Assembly: GCA_000435715.1 (NCBI GenBank)
Contig: FR882601.1
Coordinates: 28,477-92,476 of the forward strand
Length of the DNA: 64,000 nucleotides
Direction of reading: 5' to 3'
Source: Firmicutes bacterium CAG:145
GTDB lineage: Bacteria; Bacillota; Clostridia; Peptostreptococcales; Anaerovoracaceae
Shown here: one piece after another, positions 9,694 to 19,822 of the stretch
How the letters are laid out: the number at the start of each line of letters is the position of its first letter
Numbering within the stretch: position 1 is the stretch's first letter
Translations under genes and position numbers: made by a program
Notes under the pieces: generated by a model
What the model was told of the DNA's origin: nothing
Databases searched by the model: none
The model's input: only the letters and a program-made list of their open reading frames with translations

Positions 9694-12354
9694 ATGGAAA
9701 GCAAAATCGTTATCATAGATGGAAACAGCCTGATAAACAGAGCTTTTTACGCAGTTCAAAGACCGATGATAACTAAGGAGGGGATTTACACCCAGGGAGT
9801 GTATGGGTTTCTTAATATGCTTCAAAAAATAGAAAGCGATTATGAACCGGAATATCTGACGGTGGCCTTTGATCTTAAAGCCCCGACTTTCCGCCATCTT
9901 GAATATGAAGATTACAAAGCCGGACGAAAGGCCATGCCGCCTGAACTGGCTATGCAGATGCCTATAATCAAAGATGTCCTCAGAGCCATGAATATAGAGA
10001 TACTTGAACTCGAAGGATATGAAGCCGATGACATAATCGGCACTGTCGCCCAAGAAGCGGAAAAAGCCATTATACAGCCTCTGATAATAACGGGGGATAA
10101 GGATGCCCTGCAGCTGGTATCAGAGCATACCAGAGTCATAATAACCAAGAGAGGTATAACAGATTTTGAACTTTATGATCCTGCGAAGATGAAAGAAAGA
10201 TATAATCTTACTCCGAAGCAGTTTATAGATCTTAAAGGCCTCATGGGAGACTCATCAGATAATATTCCCGGCATACCGGGAGTGGGAGAGAAGACAGGGA
10301 TAAAACTTTTGGAACAGTTCGGCTCCATCGATAATATGCTGGCCCATACAGACGAAATTTCTGCTCAGAAGCTGAGAAACAAAGTAGAGGAAAATGCTCA
10401 GCTTGCGCTTATGAGCAAGAGACTTGCCACAATCAATGTAAATGTTCCGATAGATATAGATATAGAGAAATTCAGACTTAGGGAACCTGATTACGACAAG
10501 CTCATAGAGATTTACACCAAACTTGAATTCAACAGTTTTCTCAAAAAGCTCAAGATAACTCCACAGAAAAATGCTCAGATGTTCAAGTCTGCAGAAGTGG
10601 AAAAAACTATAATAGAAACTGCTGATCAGATAGATAAATTATCAGAGCTTTCAAAGAGCGAGAGAGTGTATCTCAAGACTTTCGGCAGCCTCAGCCATAT
10701 AGAAAGACCTTTTATAGAAGGTGTGTTTTTAATGGGAGAGGAAAAAGCATACCTCGTGGACATGGTATCTGTGGACTGTCGCATGTTGACAGAAAAACTC
10801 AACCGGCTGAAATTGAATTTTATAGGCCATGAAATAAAAAACGACATCTACGCCTTGATGTGCTACGGCCTTACCGACTATGATATCGCTTTCGATACTT
10901 CAATAGCCGAATATGTTCTGGACCCTTCCAGAAATAAATATGAGCTTAAGAACCTGACTCTCGAGAGACTTCACTGCGATATAAATATTGATGAAGAAAA
11001 TCAGAGTGAAGATAAGCAGCTGGATATGTTCCATGATAATAGGGCTCATATGACGGAGCTGGGTCTCAAGACAGGGGCGGCGGTATACGCTCTGATGGAA
11101 ATTGAGCAAAAGGAACTCGAAGAACAAGGCCTTAAAAAAGTGTTTGAAGAGGCTGAACTGCCTCTCATAGAGGTTCTGGCGTCTATGGAGGCAGAGGGAG
11201 TAAAAGTCAACGCCGACTTTATAGAAGACTTCGGCGTTGAATTAAAAGAAAAGCTCCGCCTTCTGGAAAATGATATATATACCAGAGCCGGAAAAGAGTT
11301 CAATATAAATTCGCCTATGCAGCTTGGTAATATTCTCTTTGAAGATATGAAACTTCCGTTTTATGGTAAAAAGACTAAGAGGGGATACAGCACCAGCGCC
11401 GAGGTTCTTGATAAAATAAAAGATGCGGATCCGATAGTGAATCTGGTTCTGGAATACAGGAACTTTGCAAAGCTGAACTCTACTTATGTGGAAGGTATGA
11501 AGCCTCTCATAGGCAGCGACGGCAAAATCAGGGCTCATTTTCAGCAGACCGTCGCAGCTACGGGAAGAATAAGCTGCACCGAACCCAATCTGCAGAACAT
11601 ACCTATAAGACAGGAGCTGGGACGGACTCTCAGAAAGGCTTTCGTTGCAGATGATGAGGATCATGTGCTTATCGGCGCTGATTATTCACAGATAGAACTC
11701 AGAGTATTGGCTCATCTTTCCGGAGACGAGGAACTCATCGAAGCTTTCAACAGAGGCGACGATATACACAAGCTCACAGCCTCAAGAGTGCTGGGGGTGC
11801 CGTTTGACCAGGTTACTCCTCAAGAAAGAAGCAGGGCCAAAGCCGTCAACTTCGGAGTCATATACGGCATGAGTGGATTCGGCCTCAGCGAGGAACTGCA
11901 GATTTCGAGAAAAGAAGCGGAAAACTATATAAACGATTATTTCTCCAAACACAGAAAAGTAAAAGAGTACATGGATAACCAGATAGCCAGCTGTAAGGAA
12001 AAAGGATACTCAGAGACAATTCTGGGTAGAAAACGTCCTATTCACGAAATAAGCGCCGTAGCTTATATGGTGAGACAGCTGGGAGAAAGACTGGCCATGA
12101 ACAGCCCTATACAGGGAAGCGCAGCCGATATCATTAAAGTAGCGATGATAAAGGTATACAACAGCCTCAAGAAGAATTTCCCCGATACCAAGCTCATACT
12201 TCAGGTGCATGACGAACTGATTCTCTGCGCTCCGAAGAGAGATTCAAAGCAGGTAAAGGAACTGCTGCGCCGGGATATGGAAGAAGCAGTGAAACTTTCG
12301 GTGAAACTGGTGGCTGATGTAAACGAAGGATATACCTGGTATGATTTAAAATAG
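9694..12354 (+). CDS. polA: DNA polymerase I.
   Basis: 886 aa. The N-terminus is a 5'-3' exonuclease domain (IIDGNSLINRAFYA). Klenow motifs DYSQIELR and QVHDELIL are present. Confidence 0.95.
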   Translation: MESKIVIIDGNSLINRAFYAVQRPMITKEGIYTQGVYGFLNMLQKIESDYEPEYLTVAFDLKAPTFRHLEYEDYKAGRKAMPPELAMQMPIIKDVLRAMNIEILELEGYEADDIIGTVAQEAEKAIIQPLIITGDKDALQLVSEHTRVIITKRGITDFELYDPAKMKERYNLTPKQFIDLKGLMGDSSDNIPGIPGVGEKTGIKLLEQFGSIDNMLAHTDEISAQKLRNKVEENAQLALMSKRLATINVNVPIDIDIEKFRLREPDYDKLIEIYTKLEFNSFLKKLKITPQKNAQMFKSAEVEKTIIETADQIDKLSELSKSERVYLKTFGSLSHIERPFIEGVFLMGEEKAYLVDMVSVDCRMLTEKLNRLKLNFIGHEIKNDIYALMCYGLTDYDIAFDTSIAEYVLDPSRNKYELKNLTLERLHCDINIDEENQSEDKQLDMFHDNRAHMTELGLKTGAAVYALMEIEQKELEEQGLKKVFEEAELPLIEVLASMEAEGVKVNADFIEDFGVELKEKLRLLENDIYTRAGKEFNINSPMQLGNILFEDMKLPFYGKKTKRGYSTSAEVLDKIKDADPIVNLVLEYRNFAKLNSTYVEGMKPLIGSDGKIRAHFQQTVAATGRISCTEPNLQNIPIRQELGRTLRKAFVADDEDHVLIGADYSQIELRVLAHLSGDEELIEAFNRGDDIHKLTASRVLGVPFDQVTPQERSRAKAVNFGVIYGMSGFGLSEELQISRKEAENYINDYFSKHRKVKEYMDNQIASCKEKGYSETILGRKRPIHEISAVAYMVRQLGERLAMNSPIQGSAADIIKVAMIKVYNSLKKNFPDTKLILQVHDELILCAPKRDSKQVKELLRRDMEEAVKLSVKLVADVNEGYTWYDLK

Positions 12355-12360
12355 AAACAG

Positions 12361-12963
12361 ATGAAGATAATAGGTTTGACTGGAGGCATAGGGACCGGCA
12401 AGTCAACTGTCTCCGATTATTTAAGGGAAAAAGGATGCCATGTCATAGACGCCGATGAGCTTTCGAGAAAAATGACTGAAAAAGGCGCTCCCGCTCTGAA
12501 AAAAATTGCCGAAGAATTCGGAGAAAAGTATATATCCGTAGACGGAAACCTTGAAAGAAAAGCTCTTGGCGACCTGGTGTTCAGCGACGCCAGCTCTCTT
12601 GGCAGGCTTCAGTCGATAATTACAGAAAGAGTGATTCAGGAGATAGATTCTGAAATTCAGGTCCTTAGAAAAGAAGGCGGCACAGACATCGTGGTCATAG
12701 ACGCTCCTCTTTTGTTTGAGTGCGGAATGGAATCCGTTGCAGATGAAAATTGGCTTGTCACTGCAGATATGGATGTGCGCGTAGAGAGGATAAAAAGGAG
12801 AGACGGTCTATCGCAAAAGCAGATAGAGAACCGGATCAACAATCAGATGACCGAAGAAAAAAAGAGGGGTATGAGCCAATATATATTGGATAATTCGGGA
12901 ACTGTCGCCTCCCTTTACAGACAGATAGATCGAAGACTTGAGAGGTTAAGAGATGAAATTTAA
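12361..12963 (+). CDS. coaE: Dephospho-CoA kinase.
   Basis: MKIIGLTGGIGTGKST is a P-loop. The gene sits directly downstream of polA, which is conserved synteny. Confidence 0.9.
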   Translation: MKIIGLTGGIGTGKSTVSDYLREKGCHVIDADELSRKMTEKGAPALKKIAEEFGEKYISVDGNLERKALGDLVFSDASSLGRLQSIITERVIQEIDSEIQVLRKEGGTDIVVIDAPLLFECGMESVADENWLVTADMDVRVERIKRRDGLSQKQIENRINNQMTEEKKRGMSQYILDNSGTVASLYRQIDRRLERLRDEI

Positions 12964-14608
12964 CAGAGAAGATATGTCGGAATCCAAATGGTTTGGATTT
13001 TTACAAAAATACTGGCTGTACATAGTCGTGGTGATCGCTGTGATTATAGTGGCTGTTTCAAGTATAAACATATACAGGGAAGAAGTATTGGAGATAGATC
13101 CGGACGTAAAGATGGAAGAACAAAATACTCTTTCCTTTGCTTCCGCATATATAGACACGCTGAACCCTATAGTATCCAAATCAGAAGACACTTATTATAT
13201 CTCTAAACTTATCTACAACAGCTTGTTCGACTATACTGCAGACCTTAACGTAGAGGGAGAGCTGGCAGAAAGCTATACTGTGGATACAGAAAAGGCTTAT
13301 GTAGATATAACTCTGAGATCGGGAGTGACCTTCCACAACGGAGATGCTCTGACTGCCAGAGATATAAGCTTCACTGTAAATGCGATAAAATCATACGGGT
13401 CAGAAGGACTTTATTATGAAAAGGCGTCTAAAATCGACAGCGTCAATGTAAAAGACGATCGAAACGTCAGAATATACTTCAGTGATAATTATGACTGTTC
13501 GCTGGACGCTCTGACCTTCCCTATACTTCCGAGAGGCGAGTATTCCGGCGCAGGAGCTCTTTTAAAAGATACCGACGAATTTGTGCCTGTGGGTACGGGG
13601 ATGTACAAATATTCATCCTATGATTCTCTTAAAGAACTGGATCTGTCGCCTAACGAATCATATTTTGCAGATAAAGCTCAAAAGAGCGTAAGCATAAAGA
13701 TATTGCCGGAAAAGACCATGGCGCCGAATATGCTGGAGATCGGATCAGTGACCTGCTATACCGATATAGGTTCAGACAGAAAATCTCTGGTTGAAGATAA
13801 GGGCCTGACCATGTATGATATGATTTCCAATCAGGTGGATTTCATTGTATTTAACACCCAGAGCCCGCTGTTTACCTCTAAAGAGGTAAGGAAGGGCATA
13901 TGCTATGCCATAGATGAGAATCAGGTTCTGAGCGAGGGGTATATGGATGACGGAGTCTTAGCCGACACCATCTACTATCCCGGCTTTCTGGGAGTAGCAG
14001 ATTCTAAGACCAACTATGCTTTTGACAGAGATAAGGCCATAGAAATACTTGCTGAAGAAGGTTATGAAGATACGGATCTCAACGGCAAGATAGAGGACGC
14101 GGAAGGAAACGATGTTACGGTAACTCTCCTGGTCAACAGCGACAACGCCAACAGGATAGCTGCCGCCAGGATAATAGAGAAGAACTTGGAACGAGCAGGC
14201 TTCAGCGTAGAGATCAGAGCAGTAGAATGGGATGAATACAACAAACTGATAGAAGAAAAGGATTTTGATATTCTCTTGACCGGTTATGAGATGGAAGGTT
14301 CATATGATTTAAGGAGCTTCTTTGACGGCGCCAACACCTGGGGCTACGAGAATCAGGAGATATTGGAAAAGGTGAGAGAGCTGGACAGACTCCATACTTC
14401 TGAAGAATATACTTCCATATATGCCGAAATAAAAGATATGCTTGCAGATGAAGCTCAGTATTATACTCTTTGCTATAAGAAGATGGGGCTCATAGGAGTC
14501 GATACCTTTGAGGCAAAGGAACTTCCGGTGTTCAACGATATATTTAAAAACTGTAATACGTGGACTTGGAAAAAGAAAATAACAGATGATGATGAGTCAA
14601 AAAAATAA
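12953..14608 (+). CDS. Membrane-anchored ABC transporter substrate-binding protein, family 5 (peptide/nickel type). It is an orphan, with no permease genes nearby.
   Basis: 551 aa. A TM anchor WLYIVVVIAVIIVAV at the N-terminus is followed by the SBP_bac_5 fold. Its start overlaps the end of coaE. Confidence 0.65.
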   Translation: MKFNREDMSESKWFGFLQKYWLYIVVVIAVIIVAVSSINIYREEVLEIDPDVKMEEQNTLSFASAYIDTLNPIVSKSEDTYYISKLIYNSLFDYTADLNVEGELAESYTVDTEKAYVDITLRSGVTFHNGDALTARDISFTVNAIKSYGSEGLYYEKASKIDSVNVKDDRNVRIYFSDNYDCSLDALTFPILPRGEYSGAGALLKDTDEFVPVGTGMYKYSSYDSLKELDLSPNESYFADKAQKSVSIKILPEKTMAPNMLEIGSVTCYTDIGSDRKSLVEDKGLTMYDMISNQVDFIVFNTQSPLFTSKEVRKGICYAIDENQVLSEGYMDDGVLADTIYYPGFLGVADSKTNYAFDRDKAIEILAEEGYEDTDLNGKIEDAEGNDVTVTLLVNSDNANRIAAARIIEKNLERAGFSVEIRAVEWDEYNKLIEEKDFDILLTGYEMEGSYDLRSFFDGANTWGYENQEILEKVRELDRLHTSEEYTSIYAEIKDMLADEAQYYTLCYKKMGLIGVDTFEAKELPVFNDIFKNCNTWTWKKKITDDDESKK

Positions 14609-14671
14609 AAATTCTTGAAAGAAATATTTGTAATATAGCAGAATATATGTTATCATATCAGTATTGTGTGA

Positions 14672-14758
14672 GCCGGCGTGATGGAATTGGCAGACGTGCA
14701 GGACTCAAAATCCTGTGGTGGCGACACCGTATGGGTTCGACCCCCATCGCCGGCACCA
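14672..14758 (+). tRNA. tRNA-Leu (anticodon CAA) with a long variable arm and an encoded CCA.
   Basis: Manual fold. Acceptor stem GCCGGCG/CGCCGGC. Anticodon stem CAGGA/TCCTG with loop CTCAAAA. Variable arm GGTG-GCGA-CACC. T arm ATGGG-TTCGACC-CCCAT. Discriminator A, then CCA. Confidence 0.85.
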
Positions 14759-14801
14759 ATAATACTTGCGGTATTACTTTTACTTAGGAGGAAATTAGAG
14801 T

Positions 14802-15194
14802 ATGCAACAACTTATAAGCTTAGCTCCTTTATTGATACTTATCATTGCGATGTATTTCCTGATGATAAGACCCCAGAGAAAGAAGGACAAACAGATTCAA
14901 GAGATGAGGAGCAGCCTTCAGGTGGGTGACGAGATCGTCACTATCGGCGGAATCTGCGGAAAGATCGTAAAGACTAAGGATGAGACCATAGTTATCCAGG
15001 TGGGAGCAGATAAGATAAAGTTTGAAATGATGCGCTGGTCCGTTTCTACGGTTACAACTCCGAGCAACAGGCCTGTCAAAACAGAAGAAGCCACTGTGGA
15101 AGAAGAAGTTAAAAAGGTTGTGCCTAAGAAACTCAAGAAGGCTTCTGATGTCGAAGAGGATGTTAAATCCGAAAAAGATATGGAAGAAGAATAA
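14802..15194 (+). CDS. yajC: Preprotein translocase subunit YajC.
   Basis: MQQLISLAPLLILIIAMYFLMIRPQRKK is the YajC signature. The acidic C-terminal tail is also typical. Confidence 0.85.
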   Translation: MQQLISLAPLLILIIAMYFLMIRPQRKKDKQIQEMRSSLQVGDEIVTIGGICGKIVKTKDETIVIQVGADKIKFEMMRWSVSTVTTPSNRPVKTEEATVEEEVKKVVPKKLKKASDVEEDVKSEKDMEEE

Positions 15195-15228
15195 ACTCTC
15201 CGCTCTCCAATATTAAAATTACAAGAAA

Positions 15229-15256
15229 TGCCCCGACTACTGTCGGGGTTTTTATA
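15229..15256 (+). terminator. Rho-independent terminator after yajC.
   Basis: ccccgac, loop tac, tgtcgggg, then ttttt. Confidence 0.6.
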
Positions 15257-15302
15257 TTTAAAATAAAATCAAGCGTGAAAAGATATTTACAACGGTGGGT
15301 TT

Positions 15303-15971
15303 ATGAATTCATATGAAAAATATCAGAGTTTAAAGGATTCTTTTGAGAACAATCAAGATATACAAAATGCTTTAAAGATGTCCGGATATATGAGAGATCT
15401 GTTTAAGTTCTACGGCATAGCTGCGCCGAAGCGAAAGGCTGTCTATAAAAGCTTTTTAAAACAGGAAAAGCGAGAAAAGGTCATAGACTGGGAGCTGCTT
15501 GACAGATGTTATGAAGATGAACACAGAGAATTTCAATATTTTGTCTGCGATTATCTGCAGGAGATGAAAAGATACCTGTTATTTGAAGATATTACTAAGA
15601 TAAAACAATATATAAAAGTAAAACAGTGGTGGGATACCATAGACTGCTTCGACAGGATAATAGGCGATATAGGTATCAGAGACCAGCGGGTAGGCCAACT
15701 GATGCTCAAGTGGTCGAAAGACCAGGACATGTGGCTCAGGAGAGTGGCTATAGATCATCAGCTGTGCAGAAAAGAAAAGACAGATACGGCTTTGCTGAAA
15801 AAAATACTCATAAACAATCTGGGCAGCGACGAATTTTTCATAAATAAAGCTATCGGATGGAGCCTTAGAGACTATTCCAAGACAGACCCCGCATGGGTTA
15901 GAAATTTCATTAGAGAATATGAAGGCCTTCTGAACACTTTAAGTATCAGAGAAGGAAGCAAATATATATGA
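15303..15971 (+). CDS. DNA alkylation repair enzyme (AlkC/AlkD-like HEAT-repeat glycosylase family).
   Basis: 222 aa. The KQWWDTIDCFDRIIG ... NKAIGWSLRDYSKTDP pattern is characteristic of the DNA_alkylation family. Confidence 0.7.
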   Translation: MNSYEKYQSLKDSFENNQDIQNALKMSGYMRDLFKFYGIAAPKRKAVYKSFLKQEKREKVIDWELLDRCYEDEHREFQYFVCDYLQEMKRYLLFEDITKIKQYIKVKQWWDTIDCFDRIIGDIGIRDQRVGQLMLKWSKDQDMWLRRVAIDHQLCRKEKTDTALLKKILINNLGSDEFFINKAIGWSLRDYSKTDPAWVRNFIREYEGLLNTLSIREGSKYI

Positions 15972-15985
15972 AAGGATTTTAAAAA

Positions 15986-16620
15986 ATGAAAGTAAATATA
16001 AGAAATGAGAAAGAGAGCGACTATCAGGCCGTAGAGGATATGACGAGAAAAGCTTTTTATAACCTATATGTACCAGAGTGCATAGAGCATTACTTGGTTC
16101 ACATAATGAGAGAACACGAGGATTTTATTCCGGAGCTTGCTCTGGTCATAGAAAGAGACGGCCGAGTTATAGCAAATATCATGTATACTAAAGCCAAACT
16201 GACCGATATGGATAAAAATGAAAAGCAGGTTCTGACTTTGGCCCCATATCCGTTCTGCCTGAGTATCAGAGACAGGGATATGGAAAAATGCTGATGGAAT
16301 ATTCGTTTGAGAAGGCAGTTTCCATGGGATACGATACTGTTGTGATCTTTGGAAATCCCGGAAATTATGTCAGCAGCGGCTTTAAAAGCTGCAAAAAATA
16401 CAACGTGTGCCTCGAAGGAGAAAAGTATCCTGCCGCTATGCTTGTAAAGGAACTTAAAACCGGCGTATTAGACGGAAGAAAATGGACATACTGCGACAGC
16501 AAAGTCATGAACATAGACGAAGAAAAGGCGCATATCTTCGATGAATCTTTAGAAAGATTGCAAAAAGAGACACGGCCGAGCCAGGAAGAATTCTATATAT
16601 TGAGCAATTCTTTTCTGTAG
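15986..16620 (+). pseudogene. GNAT family N-acetyltransferase split into two ORFs (15986-16294 and 16288-16620) by a frameshift near a C-run at about 16240-16246.
   Basis: Upstream of the second ORF, its frame reads GPISVLPEYQRQGYGKMLMEYS. That is the canonical GNAT acetyl-CoA motif. The first ORF instead leaves frame into LAPYPFCLSIRDRDMEKC and stops. Confidence 0.6.
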
Positions 16621-16628
16621 GTGAGGAT

Positions 16629-17075
16629 ATGATCATACGAAGATATGAGACTAAAGACCTTGCCCAGATACTTCTCCTCTTTTACGATACGATACACAAT
16701 ATAAATAAAGCCGATTATGACGAAGAACAACTTTATGCGTGGGCAGACGGCAGGCCTGACCCTGATCGATGGGACAGATCTTTTTATGAACATTACAGCA
16801 TAATTGCCGAAGAAAACGGCAGAACTATCGGATTTGGAGATATAGACCGCAGGGGATTTATAGACAGACTGTTTGTACACATGGATCATCAGGGAAAGGG
16901 AGTCGCTTCTGCGATATGCGAGGAGCTGGAGAAAAACGTGATATCGGATAAGATCACAGTACAGGCGTCTGTCACAGCGAGGCCCTTTTTTGAAAAAAGA
17001 GGATACAAAGTATTGAAACAGATAGAAGCTGTAAGGAAGGGGATCACTCTAACTGCCTTTATTATGGAAAAATAG
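16629..17075 (+). CDS. GNAT family N-acetyltransferase.
   Basis: 148 aa. The R/QxxGxG/A-like motif HQGKGVASAICEEL is present. Confidence 0.8.
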   Translation: MIIRRYETKDLAQILLLFYDTIHNINKADYDEEQLYAWADGRPDPDRWDRSFYEHYSIIAEENGRTIGFGDIDRRGFIDRLFVHMDHQGKGVASAICEELEKNVISDKITVQASVTARPFFEKRGYKVLKQIEAVRKGITLTAFIMEK

Positions 17076-17082
17076 ATATGTT

Positions 17083-17265
17083 TTATTTCTTAAGCAGAGT
17101 GATCCCGCAGACTATGAGAATGATTCCAAGAAGGACTATCCACGCCTTGGGAGGCAGAAAGAAAGCGCACACTGTTACCACCCCGAAGACCAGAAGTACG
17201 AAACCGATATCTTTAGTTTCCTTGTATAAGCTGAAACATTTCTTTTTACGACAGTTATTGTTCAT
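17083..17265 (-). CDS. Small two-TM membrane protein, hypothetical.
   Basis: 60 aa. Two hydrophobic helices, FVLLVFGVVTVCAFF and IVLLGIILIVCGITLL. The overlapping + strand ORF looks non-coding. Confidence 0.35.
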   Translation of the reverse strand: MNNNCRKKKCFSLYKETKDIGFVLLVFGVVTVCAFFLPPKAWIVLLGIILIVCGITLLKK

Positions 17266-17355
17266 ATGAAGCCTCCTTGCTTATATTATGAAAATCTGTA
17301 TAAATTTGTGAGTAAATATGTTAAAATGAGAAAAAGAGAAGGTGAGAGGCCGAAG

Positions 17356-17763
17356 ATGACACTGAAAAAGACTACTGCACTGGGCGATATAACCATAAAT
17401 GACAGCGTTATAGCCAGAGCTATCATAAACTCTGCCGCAAAAGCAGGAGAAAGATTATTTTTAGCTACAGAAAAAGGTAAGATAATAGGCACATACCAGA
17501 GAGTCGGCAGCGGAGACTTGGCGGGACATTTTAAATTTGAAGAAGATAAAGATATATATAAGATTATCTTTTACGCCGTCATAAGTTTCGGCTCAAGCAT
17601 AAAAAATGTTACAGAAGCAGTCTTAGATCAGCTTCAGAGCCAGATGCAGACCATGTTTCCCGAATACGGCGGATGCCTTACGCTCAAGATAGTAGGCGTG
17701 AAATCTAAGCATGTGGCCGAAAGAGATATAGAGGTAAAGAGAGAATATGAACCTGCAAGATAA
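17356..17763 (+). CDS. Asp23/Gls24 family envelope stress protein (YloU-like).
   Basis: From the internal Met at 17356 (MTLKKTTALGDITINDSVIARAII...) the product matches Asp23-family proteins. The ORF itself extends back to 17266. It sits upstream of recG, as yloU does in Bacillus. Confidence 0.75.
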   Translation: MTLKKTTALGDITINDSVIARAIINSAAKAGERLFLATEKGKIIGTYQRVGSGDLAGHFKFEEDKDIYKIIFYAVISFGSSIKNVTEAVLDQLQSQMQTMFPEYGGCLTLKIVGVKSKHVAERDIEVKREYEPAR

Positions 17764-19792
17764 AGTTTCGTCCATCAGAGGAGTGGGAGAAAAAAAGAGC
17801 AAGCTGCTCCACAACATGAAAATAGATACGGTAGAAGATCTTCTTCATCTTTTCCCGAGAAAGTATGAAGACAGAAGAAATATATCCTATATAATGGAAG
17901 CTCCATTTGATAAAGACGTCCTTATTAAAGGCAAAGTCACAGTTAGACAGATGAGGGGAAATCCATATAATAAGAGGACGCCTCTGAGGATACTGGTTCA
18001 AGATGAATCGGCTGATTTGGAGATTCTGTTTTTTAACGGAAGATATCTGACCAATTATTTTAATATAGGATCTGAATATACTTTTTTTGGAAAGATAGTT
18101 CTCAACAACGGACGCAGACAAATGGCTCACCCGGAATTTCATAAGCTGGGAGATAAAGAAGATATGCGTGGTATATTTCCCATATATCCTCTGACGGAAG
18201 GACTTACTCAGGCGAATATGAGAAAGCTGCAGCAAGAAGCCGCCTCCTGCATAGACCAGGCAGTAGAATGGCTGCCTGAGGACATAGTGAAAAGATATAA
18301 CTTGTGCAGTCCGGCATATGCCCTTAAAAATGTTCATTTTCCCGATGATGAGAGAAACATAAAGGAAGCCAGATACAGGATGATATTCGAAGAACTCCTG
18401 ATTCTGCAGACAGGGCTTTTGTATATAAAAAAAGGAAGCAGACAGAGAAAGTCAGGTACGGTCGTAGAAAGAGACATATCTGTAAGAGAATTTACAGACA
18501 GACTGCCTTTTCAGCTGACATCCGGCCAACTGAAAGTGTGGGAGGAGATACAGTCTGATATGGCCTCAGACAGGCCCATGAACCGGCTGGTGCAGGGAGA
18601 CGTGGGTTCAGGCAAGACTGCCGTGGCTCAGCTTGCCATGTATAAATCAGTAAAGGCCGGATTTCAGGCCGTGATGATGGCCCCGACGGAGTTACTTGCC
18701 AAACAGCATCTGATATCTTTAAAACGTGATTTTGAGCCTCTGGGGATAAAAGTAGATCTTCTATGCAGCAGTCTAAAGGCTAAAGAAAAAAAACAGGTAT
18801 TGGAAGATCTTGAAGGCGGAAATACGGACATCTTAGTAGGCACACACGCCATAATCCAGCCTGACGTAAAGTTTAAATCGCTGGGTCTTGTCATCACCGA
18901 CGAACAGCATAGATTCGGAGTAAATCAGAGAAGCCTTCTGGCAGAAAAGGGATCTGACCCCAATGTCCTGGTGATGACGGCTACTCCTATCCCCAGGACT
19001 CTGGCAGTGATATTGTACGGTGATCTTGACATATCGGTTATAGATACTATGCCGAAAGGAAGACGGCCTATAAGGACTTTTCTCAGAAGCGGAGAATCGA
19101 GAGAGGACATATATAATTTTGTCAGACAGCAGGTCAAAGAAGGAAGACAGGCCTATGTGGTGGCTCCCCTCATAGAAGAGTCTGAGAATATAGACTGCCG
19201 TTCCGCAGAAGAAATATATAAGGAACTTGAATCTTCCTATCCTGACATGAAGATAGGCCTGGTTCACGGGGCCATGAAACAGGAAGAAAAAGATAGAGCC
19301 ATGGAAGACTTTGGCGCCGGAGAGACGGATATCCTCGTCTCTACAGTAGTAATAGAAGTAGGTATAGACGTGGCCAATGCAAATGTCATGGTGATAGAAA
19401 ACTGTGAGCGTTTCGGACTTGCGCAGCTGCACCAGCTCCGGGGACGAGTGGGGAGAGGAAAGCATCAGTCTTACTGCATACTCGTGTCGGGACGGGAAAG
19501 CAAAGTTGCCGATAAGAGAAATCAGATAATGTGCTCCACCGAGGACGGATTTATTATAGCAGAGGAAGACCTGAAATTGAGAGGACCGGGAGAAATGTTC
19601 GGAACGAGGCAGCACGGGCTTCCGGAGCTTAACATAAGCGACCTGGTGCGGCACGGCGACATTCTCGCCTCTGCCCGTCAGGCAGCGGACGATATACTAG
19701 AGAAAGACGGCGATCTGACGGATCTTCAGAATATCGCCCTGAGACAGAAAGTCAAAAAAATGTTTGGAGAAAATATTCAGCTAAATCTGTAA
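17747..19792 (+). CDS. recG: ATP-dependent DNA helicase RecG.
   Basis: 681 aa. Wedge domain, then helicase motifs GDVGSGKT, DEQHRFG and QLRGRVGRG. Confidence 0.95.
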   Translation: MNLQDKVSSIRGVGEKKSKLLHNMKIDTVEDLLHLFPRKYEDRRNISYIMEAPFDKDVLIKGKVTVRQMRGNPYNKRTPLRILVQDESADLEILFFNGRYLTNYFNIGSEYTFFGKIVLNNGRRQMAHPEFHKLGDKEDMRGIFPIYPLTEGLTQANMRKLQQEAASCIDQAVEWLPEDIVKRYNLCSPAYALKNVHFPDDERNIKEARYRMIFEELLILQTGLLYIKKGSRQRKSGTVVERDISVREFTDRLPFQLTSGQLKVWEEIQSDMASDRPMNRLVQGDVGSGKTAVAQLAMYKSVKAGFQAVMMAPTELLAKQHLISLKRDFEPLGIKVDLLCSSLKAKEKKQVLEDLEGGNTDILVGTHAIIQPDVKFKSLGLVITDEQHRFGVNQRSLLAEKGSDPNVLVMTATPIPRTLAVILYGDLDISVIDTMPKGRRPIRTFLRSGESREDIYNFVRQQVKEGRQAYVVAPLIEESENIDCRSAEEIYKELESSYPDMKIGLVHGAMKQEEKDRAMEDFGAGETDILVSTVVIEVGIDVANANVMVIENCERFGLAQLHQLRGRVGRGKHQSYCILVSGRESKVADKRNQIMCSTEDGFIIAEEDLKLRGPGEMFGTRQHGLPELNISDLVRHGDILASARQAADDILEKDGDLTDLQNIALRQKVKKMFGENIQLNL

Positions 19793-19822
19793 GGCGGCAT
19801 ATTATAAAACGGGGGTTATAAT

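Noticed and set aside
17078-17269. + strand 63-aa ORF overlapping the small - strand membrane ORF.
   Set aside because: Its basic, low-complexity sequence lacks features of a real protein. The - strand frame encodes a plausible two-TM peptide, so I kept only that one, at low confidence.
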